A stretch of 41,879 nucleotides of DNA from the NCBI RefSeq assembly GCF_004010195.1, contig NC_057719.1:47822093-47863971 (forward strand), given 5' to 3'. The stretch is from Chiloscyllium plagiosum (lineage: Eukaryota). The notes beneath the pieces are model-generated. The model did not search any database, was not told the origin of the DNA, and saw only the letters and a list, made by a program, of their open reading frames with translations. Position numbers and translations under genes: made by a program. Shown piece by piece: positions 10,188 to 21,050 of the stretch (positions are counted from its first letter, which is position 1; every line of letters starts with the position of its first letter).

Positions 10188-10860
10188 TCCCTCTAAACCC
10201 TTCCTATTCATATACCCATCCAAATGCCTTTTTATATGTTGTTGTAATTGTACCAGTCTCCACCATGTCCTCTGGCAGCTCATTCCATACACGCACCACC
10301 TAGGTTGCCCCTTAGGTCCCTTTTAAATCTTTTCCCCAAACACCCTAAACCTATGCCCTGTAGTTCTGGACTCTCCCACCCCAGGGAAAAGACCTTGTCT
10401 ATCTACCCTATCCATGCCCTTCATGATTTTTATAAACCTCTATAACCTCTGCTTCCGACACTCCAAGGAAAACAACCTCAGCCTGTCCCTATAGCTCAAC
10501 CCCTCCAACCCTGGCAACATCCTTTCAAGTTTTACAGCGTCCTTCCTATGGAAGGGAGACCAAAGTTGAACACAATATTCCAAAGGTGGCTGAACCAATG
10601 TCCTGTACAGCCACAACATGACCTCCCAACTCCTATACTCAATGCTCTGACCAATAAAGGACAGCATATTAAACACCTTCTTCACTGTCCTATCTACTGC
10701 AGTTTCAAGGAACTATAAACCTGCACTCCACACCAACCTTCCCCATGACTTTACCATTAAGTGTATAAGTCCTGCTCTGATTTCCACAATGCAGCACCTC
10801 GCATTTATCTAAATTAAACTCCATCTGCCACTGCTCAGTCCATTGGCCCATCTGGTCAAG

Positions 10861-11743
10861 AGACGGAGTGTGGTGCTAGAAAAGCACAGCAGGTCAGGCA
10901 GCATCCGAGGAGCAGGAGAGTTGACGTTTCAAACAAAGCTCTTCATCAGGGATGAGGGGGTGGCCCAAGGGGCCTGAAAGATTAATGGGAGTGGAGCTAG
11001 GGGGCAGTTAGCTGGGAATGTGATAGGTAGATGAAGGTGATAGGTCAGAGGGGCGGGTGGAATGGATAAGTTGGGAAATTGGTGAAATCCACATTGATTC
11101 CATGTGGTTGGAGGGTTTGGCGGTGGAGGAGGCTTAGGACTTGCATGTCCTTGGCAGATTGGGAGGGAGAGTTAGTGTTCGCCCACAGGATGGTGGGTTG
11201 TTTAGTGCGTGGCCCAGAGATATTCTCTGAAATGTAGATTGGGGAGACAGAATGCCAACATACAAGTACTGGGCTGCCTCCACTGCCAGACTCTAGGTAC
11301 CATATGCCTGGAGGAAGAAGTCCTCATCTTTTGCCTTGGGACCCTCTAAGCACATGGGATCAATGTGGATTTCATCAGTTTCCCATTTCACCTCCACCAC
11401 CTTATCCCAGATTCAACCTTCCAACTCAGCACCACCCTGCTTGTCCATCTTCCTTCCCACCTATCCGATCCACCCTCCACTCCAACCTATCACCTTCACC
11501 CCCACCTTTATCTCCCTATTGCATTCCCAGCTTACCCCCCCCCCGCCCAAAACCTCTCACCACCAGCCCCACCCCTCTCCCACTTATCTCTCAGTCCCCT
11601 TGGGCCACCCCCTTATTCCTGATGAAGGGCTTATACTTGAAACATCGACTCTCCTGCTTCTTGGCTGCTGCCTGACCAGCTGTGCTTTTACAGCACCACA
11701 CTTTTCAACTCTGATCTCCAGCATCTGCAGTCCTCCCTTCGAT
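10861..11743. mobile_element. PLE-derived element with long inverted arms and hammerhead cores, nested in CR1
   Basis: 10867-10975 is the reverse complement of ~11596-11703. CTGATGA-AGGGC..GAAAC at 11619-11643 and a minus copy at ~10921-10950. Internal GIY-YIG C-terminal remnants (LEEEVLIFCLGTL) occur on both strands. Confidence 0.85.
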
Positions 11744-13552
11744 GTGATCAAGATCCCATTGTACTCTTTGCTGTCGACTACATTTCCAATTTTGGTGTTA
11801 TCTGCAAACTTACAAATTATACCTCCCATGTTCACATTTAAATAATTTATTTCAGTGGAAAAAGCAGTGGTCCCAGCATCGATCCTTGTGGCACACCACT
11901 GGTCACAGATGTCCAGTCTTAAAAAGCAACCCTCCACCACCATCCTTTGTCTCTACCTTCAAGCCAGTTCTGAATCTCAATAGCTATTCTCATGATCTAA
12001 CCTTGCTAACCAGTCATCTATGAGGAACCTTGTCGAACGCCTTAGTGAAGTCCATATAGATCCCGTCCACTGTTCTGCCCTCATCGATCCTCTTTGTTAC
12101 TTCATCAAAAAAATTCGATTCAAGTTTGTAAGACATGATTTCCTACACACACAGCCACGTTGATGAACCATAATCAGTCCTTGCCTTTCCAATTACATGG
12201 AAATCCTGTCCCCCAGGATTCCCTCCAAAACTTTCCCACCTCCGATGTCTGGCTTGGTCTATAGTTCCCTGGCTTGTCCTTACCACCTTCCTTAAATAGT
12301 AGCACCACGTTAGCCAACCTCCAGTCTTCCAGCACCTCATCTATAACTATGAGTCAAATATCTCCGCAAGGGGCGTAGCAATCACTTCCCTAGCTTCCCA
12401 CAGAGTTCTAGGGTACACCTGATCAGGTCCTGGGGATTTATCCGCCATTGTCCGTTTTAAGACATCCAGCACCACCACCTCAGTAATATGGGCATGTTTT
12501 CAAGATGTCATCATCTGTTTCCCCATATTCTGTGTCTTCCAGGTCCTTCTCCACAACAAACACTGATGCAAAATCCTTGCTTAGTATCTACCCCATCTCC
12601 TGCAGTTCCACACACAGGCTGCCTTGCTGATCATGTTTGTGACAGTGATTTGAAAATTCTAAGGCTCTGCATTCAAAAAGCTTTGCACTATCTTACAGAC
12701 CATGACTTTTATCATAAATGTTTAGTGTATTGATATCAATACATTAAATGAAAATTACACTTACTCTGGTTTTGTGTAATGCTCCTCCGATTAAAAGCAC
12801 TAACATGACAACTCATCATTATTTCAGGTTGCTCTACCACCAAAAATAGCAGACTAGTGGGCAATGCTAATTTTTGAATCTACCTTTCAGCAGCCCTTTT
12901 AAGCTCAGAAGCTTAACCTGTTTGAATTGCTATGTTCTTCTGTTTGAATTTGTGGGTGGCATCTTGGCGTATGACAGTGGCTGTGACTAACTTTTCTTTT
13001 GAACATTTTGACATTAACTTAAAAATCGATGTCTTTGGGTCTACTTCCCACTCTTTCTCCTTTTGCTCGTCAGAGGAAGCAAAAACGTGTGTGTTTTATT
13101 GAATCCCTTTTGGAAGTGAATTAAAATTTATTTCCATTTTATAGACTCCATCTTTTTAAGATGTCTGACGAAATCTGACTGGTTTTTTGGTATTACTTTC
13201 GGAATTATTACAATCACTGTGTATCCAACTAAGTTATTTTAGTACGTTCATTTCCCAAACCTGGGTGCAAAGTTGCAGTGGATATTTCTTTTTACAAGAT
13301 TTGTTGGTGTGTTGGCATGTTAGTAATGTGCTCTTCCAGGTTTAAAATTTAGTAATCACAGTATTAGTAAATATCTGAGAAACCTTCATAATAACTAGAG
13401 TTTTTGTTCTCTTTCTGATGATTTTAGTGGGAAAAATCAATTTTAATGTTCTATTTGGACTGTAATATTCAGCAAGGAGCACATTTGGGGTCAGTCTTAA
13501 CTTATTGAATAATCAATAAATGAATAGTTTTATCAAACATGAGGTCTGTAAG

Positions 13553-13830
13553 ATACTAAAGGAGATTTGAGGTATATAAGATATTAAATGGAGTAAACAG
13601 AGTAGATATAGAGAGGATGTTTCCTCTTGTGGGGCAATCTGGAATAAGCAGTTGTAAATTTAGGATAAGGGTAGTAGATTTAAAACTGAGATGAGGAAAA
13701 ATTGCTTTTTCGTGTATTTTTTTATTTAATAAGGTTATAGCATTTGCACGTTTGCAATGCCCCATATCTAAGAAGGATTGGAAGATTATTACGAGTGCCA
13801 CCATAATTTCCACACATACATCTTTTAGTG
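13553..13830. mobile_element. Old CR1 fragments (a plus-strand 3' ORF2 piece followed by a minus-strand piece)
   Basis: ggagatttgaggtatataagatattaaatgg...gaggatgtttcctcttgtgggg; minus ORF LRTLKDVCVEIMVALVIIFQSFLDMG. Confidence 0.65.
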
Positions 13831-13877
13831 TCCTTAGACATTTTCTTGCTGCTTTGACCTTGAACACATTTTGACTG

Positions 13878-14780
13878 CTAGATCATATTAAACATATTTT
13901 TTAACTTCTGTGTGGAGTGTCTTGAGTTTTTTTTTCTGTTTTAAAGGTGCTATAAAAATGTAAGTGTAGTGTGCCTTGCAAAGTGCACTGAATTTATACT
14001 TAATCGTGTTTGTCATAGAGTCATAGAGATGTACAGCATGGAAACAGACCCTTCGGTCCAACCCGTCCACACCGACCAGATATCCCAACCCAATCTAGCC
14101 CCACCTGCCAGCACCCGGCCCATATCCCTCCAAACCCTTCCTATTCATATACCCATCCAAATGCCTCTTAAATGTTGCAATTGTACCAGCCTCCACCTCA
14201 TCCTCTGGCAGCTCATTCCATACACGTACCACCCTCTGCGTGAAAAAGTTGCCCCTTAGGTCTCTTTTATATCTTTCCCTTCTCAGCCTAAACCTATGCC
14301 CTCTAGTACTGGACTCCCCGATCCCAGGGAAAAGACTTTGTCTATTTATCCTATCCATGCCCCTCATAATTTTGTAAACCTCTATAAGATCACCCTCAGC
14401 CCCCGACACTCCAGGGAAAACAGTCCCAGCCTGTTCAGCCTCTCCCTATAGCTCAAATCCTCCAACCCTGGCAACATCCTTGTAAATCTTTTTTGAACCC
14501 TTTCAAGTTTCACACCATCTTTCCGATAGGAAGGAGACCAGAATTGCACACAATATTCCAACAGTGGCTTAACCAATGTCCTGTACAGCCGCAACATGAC
14601 CTCCCAACTCCTGTACTCAATACTCATCTTTTTTTAATTTTCCTTGTTACACTGTGCATTAAATAGTTGAGCAAAATATTGGCAAAAATCATCAAAAAAA
14701 CTTTTCTGTTAAGAGCTCCTAATATCAATTAGATAATCATCTGGCAGCAGTTGGGTATTTACTCTTTTTTTTAAAAAGGA
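13878..14780 (+). repeat. Copy 1 of a diverged ~250-300-bp duplicated block, split by a CR1 insertion
   Basis: Shares ctagatcatatt, gtgtggagtgtcttga, cttgcaaagtgca, cttgttacact and ttagataatcat, in the same order, with 19131-19372. Confidence 0.8.
14013..14625 (-). mobile_element. Young 5'-truncated CR1 LINE
   Basis: Near-intact IEYRSWEVMLRLYRTLVKPLLEYCVQFWSP...GDLIEVYKIMRG...FFTQRVVRVWNELP and a (catagagt)2 tail; near-identical to 33410-34302. Confidence 0.95.
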
Positions 14781-16239
14781 GTATGTTTAATGTTAAAAAT
14801 GGGTGACATTAGTGTCTGCTGCTGTGTTCCCAAAATAGGTGCAGCACAGTTATTATGATAATAAAGGTTCCTTTGCACTGCCCTCCAGTATAGGTGGGAA
14901 GCTCAAGTGTCCTTTTACCTTTATACTGCATGTTGTGCCTTCTGTATGATATTATTTGTTTAGTGTTGAACTGAGGGGATTTCTCTGCTCTGGACCCATA
15001 CACAATAGGAATTAACATGAGGCCACCCACAATCTTATTTCACTTGAGACTTCATAACCAGCATAAGGAGCAGGTATTCATTCCATCATACTGACTTGGT
15101 GAAAGATGTGTTAAGCCTAGTATGAAATCCAGTTCCTTTTAATGGCATGTCTTTAAAGTAATTCACTTAAAATCACACTAAAATCTCTTTCTACAAATAA
15201 TATCCTGGAGTGAAAGGCAATATTTTAACCTAATCAAAGGTTTTAAATGTTCTGTACTCTTGTGTCCAAAGAATGTTAGCAAAGAAATGTCAATGAGAAG
15301 TGTGGAAATTGGCCAAGATTTATCCAAATGCAGTACAGGTGCACTGAGAATTCATTTCAATCAATGGTAATTCTTGGTTACTATTTGAAGAGAAGCTGTT
15401 TTATGAGAGTAATAATCATAAAATTAGTACACTTTAAAAAATGAGAAGTCATTATTACTTGTACGAGGATACTTTATGTTGTCTGAAAGATGCTTAATGT
15501 TTGTATAAGAGACTAGTTAATAAAATTAGTGCATAATTTTAATGGCTGTATGGCAGCAATAAAAAGGACTGTTTACGTCAGAATGCAGAGAATAATGTTT
15601 AACGTTTTTAGACTACAGGAATCTAAGGAACACTTTTTTTTCAGAGGTCAGTGTGCAAAATAGCATTGATTTCCTGCAAGGGTGCTGTCAGCGACCTCCA
15701 AAGTTCCCACAATGATTGAGCAATTGCTGTGGTATGGTATTCCATTTTCATTAGTGGCACTTTTAAATCTGGTGTTATGTCAAGGGATGGCTTGGCTGCA
15801 GCAGCAGTAATATCAATTAACAGGTTGACAGCCAATCTCATTGAACGATTCACAAACATACTAGAAAGTTAAAAATTTTCAAAACTTATCACTTTTTTTT
15901 AAAAAAAATTTCAGATGGCAAAATAAATGAATGTGTTTAGGTTAAGGTAACTCATAAAGAAACTTTTTAAAAAATGAAATATTTGGAATTTTTAGTCACT
16001 CTGGCAAAAGTTGATATTCTAAAACAAAATACAAAATTAGCTTTTCAGGAACCGTGAAGGTGTTTAGTATTAATTGTGCAATTCATACATGTTTTAAAAA
16101 TACAATTACAACTCAGTCAACAAAGTCTGACTTATTCAAGGGATTATTTAGCAAGAACAACAACATGAGTGAAAATTGTCTTCGGTGTGCAGATGCTTGA
16201 GCAGCATAAAATACTGAGCTTGCAGATGAATCCATGTCA

Positions 16240-17290
16240 AGAACAGAAACAGGCCATTCAGCCCTTTAAACCACTCCGTAAGATCATGGTTGATATGTGT
16301 CTGACTTCTACGTTCCCATCTGCCAGTGTTAAGTTCTTGATTTCTTTGCCCAACAAGGATCTTTCAATCTCTGTCGTAAAGATATTCAGTTTTCCCTCTC
16401 CTGAGACAGTGTTCCAAAATGTCTCAAACCTTAAATCAGTGTCTCCTTTGTTCTGCAATCACCCACAAGAGTAAACATTCTTTCCACATCCACCTTGTCA
16501 AGACCATTGATAATCTGATAAACATTGAATTCAGCAGTTTCAGACCATGAACTCTGTTTTGATTACACTCCACAGTACCTTGTTTATGTGGGTTTGTTCT
16601 GCTAAAAACACTGGGGGAAGAGTGTTTTGAATGAATTAGAACAGTGGAACAATTCTGTTGTCATTTCTAATAGTTATTTGGATTCTAACACAAACTGGAA
16701 GGCATTTTTCCCCAAAGAGTTTTACTGAAGGGCTTACTTGTACATTTAAAAGACATATCAATAAATGCATGAATAAGAAGTGTTTAGGATGATATGGGGT
16801 GAGGGACTTTGGGTAGTATGGTCAGCATAGACTGGTTGGACTGAAGGGTCTGTTTCCATGTTCAATAATTCTTAAGTATACAAGAGGGAATATTGGATGC
16901 TTGTGATAAAAGGACAACAATAATCATGGGTTATTTTAATCTACGTACGAACTGGAAACCAGATTGGGTATACAGAATGATAAAATAGTTTTAGAGCAGC
17001 ATGTTCTGGAACCAACTAGAAGGTGGGCTGTATTAGACTTGATTTTGTGTAATGTGGTAGGATTAATGACCTTAGATTAAAGGCACCTCAAGGAAGCAGC
17101 AATGATCATTTGAAGGAGAGCAGAAGTGTCTTTAAGATGTGTATTTTAAATTTAAGTAAGGAAACTTGCTGGGCATTAAAGCTGAAGTGGCTGGCTGGAA
17201 TACTGCAAGATAGAGAAGCAGTGACAAATATTTAGAGATATTCTAGACTATTCAGAATATTTTTCTTTCCTATAAAGAAAAATCCCACTC
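16240..17290. mobile_element. Cluster of old CR1 fragments (3' end minus, 3' end plus, endonuclease piece plus)
   Basis: ggccattcagccc tail at ~16251; ttggactgaagggtctgtttccatg at ~16836; IIMGYFNL..EQHVLEPTR..AVLDLILCN endonuclease motifs at ~16920-17055. Confidence 0.65.
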
Positions 17291-17331
17291 TTCAGTTTAG
17301 GAGTAATTAATGTAGATGATGGAATCAGTGC

Positions 17332-17443
17332 TGAAAACAACCAATGCTGGAGATCACAGCAAGTCAGACAGCATCCATGGAGACAGAGTGAGCAAGCTCT
17401 GGACACCATCTGACCTACAGGTCTTCAGCATTGGCTGTTTTCA
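17332..17443. mobile_element. Short palindromic PLE-type mini-element (degenerate)
   Basis: tgaaaacaaccaatgctg...cagcattggctgttttca inverted termini; related to 31487-31607. Confidence 0.55.
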
Positions 17444-17759
17444 CCCACCATCAGTGGTTGAAGAAGGAAAAAAATGAGTAGTGGTCTTGGTTAGAAATTT
17501 AGTGAGTATTTCCCCTTGCAGTCTTTTATAAGTAAAAATTGATTTTTAGTTTGATTTAAGAACGAAACAATGAATATGGTACATATTTAATATTCATTAC
17601 ATAGAGTCATATACAGCATGGCAACAATATGAGAGGGAGTACACAGAATAATTTAAGGGGAAGATATGGCAAAGCAGCTCAGCCAAGCAGTATAGTCCAC
17701 CTGTGTGACATGGGAAATTGGGGATACTTCCAGTGACCAGGTGCCTGAACTGCCTCTCT

Positions 17760-19050
17760 AGCTACCCAGCTGCTTCCACTCTCCAGCCCTATCTCTGTAG
17801 CCCTTTAACTTGATTACTGTAAAATATATATTCAGTTGTCTTTCGAAACCACCTATTGATTTCACCTCCCCCATTCTCCCAGGCAGCACATTCCAAATCC
17901 TAACAACTGAGTAAAGAAGTTCCTCATCTCATTCCTCATCCTCTTGCTGACAGTGTTCAAATTGTGACATACCAATCATGAAAACACAATATCCTTCTTT
18001 ACCCTGTCAAAATTGCTGATCATTTTGAAAACCTCAATAAGGTCATCTCTTAATCTTCTCTGCTCCAAGGAGAATAAGCCCAATCTCTCTCAATTTTCCT
18101 TGTATTTAAAATCGTTCATTCCTGGTATCAATCTAATAAATGTCCTTTGAACTCTCTCCAGGGTTTAACGTCCTTCCATAAATAAGGTGGCCAGAAATGA
18201 ACACACTACTCCAAATGTGGTCTGACCAATTATTTGTAGAGGTATAGTATCGCTTCTTTACTTCTACACTCTTTGCCTATATTTATAAACCAAAGGATCC
18301 TATAAGTGTTTGTAACTTTTTCAGCTTGCCTGCCCACCTTCAGAGAGTCATGCACATGAACCGTGAGGTCACTCTTCTCCTGGAATTCCCTCCTTCATTG
18401 TATTGTAGGTCAACCCACAGAACATGGACTGCAGTTTACCACCACCTTCTCATGGGAAATTTGGGACGAGCAATAAACACTGACCAGCCAGCAGTGTCCA
18501 CATCCCACAGATGAATCAAAAAGGAGTACCACCCTCAAAGTTAGACTTCTGAGCCTGTATTGTTTCTTCTACCAAAATGCATCTGTGTTCTCTGTGTTGA
18601 AATTCATCTGCCGAGTGTTTGCCCATTGGCGAATTTTTCAGTTTTCCTTTGGAGTCACTCAGCATCATCCTCACAATTCGCTATTCTCCCTAGCTAGTAT
18701 CATCTACAAATTTAGATAGTTTGCTGTCAAAACCCATTTCTAAATCACTATATAAGTTTGAAAAAAGCAAGGCTCACAAAACCAATCCCTAGGGAACATC
18801 ACTTTCAATTTGAGAAATCTGGAATGCCCATCTATACCTACCTCCGGTTTCCTGTCTTTTAGCCTGTTTCTAATCCATGCTGCCAAGGACCCATCAATCC
18901 CAATCAATTCTGTTTTGCTAAATAACCTACCATGTGGCACTGTATCAAATGCTTTCAGAAAGTCCAAATATACAACATCCACAATGTGTTGCCTTGTCAA
19001 AGAACTGAATTACATTTTTCACCCATAACCTTCCCTTGACAAGGCCATAT
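17760..19050 (-). mobile_element. Old CR1 LINE with RT region
   Basis: ORF 18740..19000 has VDVVYLDFLKAFDTVPHGRL..GIDGSLAAWIRNRL; LVRPHLE motif at ~18210-18230. Confidence 0.85.
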
Positions 19051-19130
19051 TAACTTCTAGTGTGTAACATTTTTTTCTGTCTGTATACTCAACTTATCCC
19101 ATTTTATGGCTGCTTAAAACTTCTTAATCT

Positions 19131-19372
19131 CTAGATCATATTCAAATATTTTAACTCCAGGTGTGGAGTGTCTTGATATTTTCTATCTTAAACGTGTTAC
19201 ACAAATGCAAGTATGGTGTGTCTTGCAAAGTGCATTGAACTTACACTTGTGTTTCTGTCCTTTTTAATTTTTCTTGTTACACTATTTAGTGCATAAAATT
19301 GTTCTGCAATCTAAACTCTTGATATATTTTAGATAATCATTTGTCTATAGGTGGGTGCTTTTTTTTAAAAAT
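19131..19372 (+). repeat. Copy 2 of the duplicated block (no CR1 insertion)
   Basis: Collinear with 13878-14012 plus 14626-14780. Confidence 0.8.
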
Positions 19373-20383
19373 AAATTTATTCCACTATACTGTGGTTCAC
19401 GTGATTATCTGGAGATGATTACTGTTATGATTCTGCTTTTTCATTTGATATTTAACTTCCTATAATCCCTCAGCGCAACTCTTTCTTTTTTCCCTCATTC
19501 CACCTGTATTGTTGGTGTCAATATGGAGTAAAAAACTGGATCCTCCCCTCACCACTACAAGTTCTTCTCTAACTCATGCATAGACTGAATTCTAGCACCA
19601 GGCAGACAACAGCAGCACCTGGGCTCTTGCAGCCTGCTGCAGAAAACTATGTAAATCCTCCACATGGTCCTCTACCACCACTACATTCCTTTTCATTTCC
19701 CCCCACATGAATGGCTTCCAGTACTGCAGTGCCATAGCCTGTTAGCGTAACTACTATTTTAAAAGTCAAAATGGTCAGTGGAGATATTCTACTGTTGGGT
19801 CAAAATTCTGGAATTCCGTCCCTTACAGCACAATGGGAATACCTACATCAAAAGAACTGAATTGGTTTGAGAGCAGTTCATTATCACAGCTTCAAGGCCA
19901 AATATGGATGGGCAATAAATACTGGAGCATTCAGCTGAGTCCACATCCCCTAAGTGAACAATAAAGGTTGTCCAATGGTCCAACTGCAAATAAGGGGAGC
20001 TCCAAAAAATTCCTGCAGCACCAAACCTGTTCTCTCTATGAAAATCATGAATCCCAATCTGAATAGACAATTTATCTTGGATACCAGATTTAATTTTTCT
20101 TGCTGAAGACACCACTGTGTTTCATTGTATTGAGTGCATGTTTGTGTTAAAAATGCCTCCATGCTTTATTTCTGAATGGCAAGATGATTGTACAAGAGAC
20201 TCGGTATCAAGGACATAATAGTCCGAGTTAAGGTCCTTCCTAGAGCAGTCAGGGGCTAGCAAGTCCCACATAGCTGTGCCCCAGCAATGCTTCCTGCCCA
20301 TTCTGCACTGTGCCTGACACGCACTGTGCCATGTGTTAAGTCACGTCTTTTGTGCTGCTGTTCCACAGTATACACCTGCTCAC

Positions 20384-20539
20384 TCAGTCACTCGAACTCT
20401 GGTGACTTTCTGCGTTTTTATGTCTGTTCCAGTCAATTGGGATGAACTGGCTGGTGTCGATAAAGCGTTCCACACAGTTCACAAAGCAGGTTTCTGTTCT
20501 GCTGTAGAGCCATTGGCCTGGTTTATCCATACATTTATC
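20384..20539 (-). pseudogene. TIMM8A: TIMM8A (small Tim chaperone, DDP1) exon-2 pseudogene fragment, non-processed
   Basis: After acceptor tcctctcccttggcag| the minus strand reads [33 protein letters not shown] (cf. [33 protein letters not shown]). A 1-nt deletion follows, with the ancestral frame reading N*LEQT*K, and the exon ends ..SD*. AATAAA on the minus strand at 20165-20170. Confidence 0.9.
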
Positions 20540-20807
20540 CTGCCAAGGGAGAGGACAATAATCAACTGGACAGGAGTGATGTGTTGGGACCTGATAAAAT
20601 TTGACTTATCAAAGGAATCTGAGGGAAGTGGGGAACATTTCTGGCCTGTAGTGACTACTTTCAAATAGAGACACAATAAACTTGCTTGTTACATTTACAT
20701 TAAACATCTGTAAGGGGAAATTCTGGACTCTTTCAAGGTCAAATCATTCAATTTTTGCACAACAAAGTAATGGGAAGCAGTCAACAAGAGAAAGTAACAT
20801 ACATGAG

Positions 20808-21050
20808 GCTCGGTGGTTAGCACTGCTCCAGTTGCTCCAGTTTCCTTCCACAATCCAAAGATGTGCAGATTAAATGAATTGCACATGCGATGTTGCCCAT
20901 TGTGTTCAGGGATGTGTAGGTTAGGTGCTTTAGTCAGGGAAAAATGTAGAATAATGGGGAATGGGTTTGGATGGGATGCTTTTCAGAGGATTGGTGTGGA
21001 CTTCTTGAGCCAAAGGTCCTGCTTCCACACTGTAGAGATTCTATATGATA
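20808..21050 (+). mobile_element. V-SINE (HE1-like) with internal deletion
   Basis: gctcggtggttagcactgct head, ccacaatccaaagatgtgcag core and CR1-like tail. Confidence 0.8.

Larger units (their letters stand above)
9861..12630 (-). mobile_element. CR1 LINE, 5'-truncated with internal deletions, interrupted by two PLE-derived insertions
   Basis: Tail (catagagt)n at the left; ORF pieces YRSWEVMLWLYRTLVQPPLEYCVQLWSP and GIICKFADNTKIG; CR1 sequence resumes after each insert. Confidence 0.92.

Noticed and set aside
13878..14012. Duplicated intronic snoRNA
   Set aside because: No convincing C/D or H/ACA boxes shared by both copies.
20333..20676. Listed ORFs 20333..20668 (+) and 20479..20676 (-) as genes, or an intact TIMM8A gene
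   Set aside because: They are antisense or off-frame to the TIMM8A homology, and the homologous frame has an indel, stops in the ancestral frame and no exon 1.
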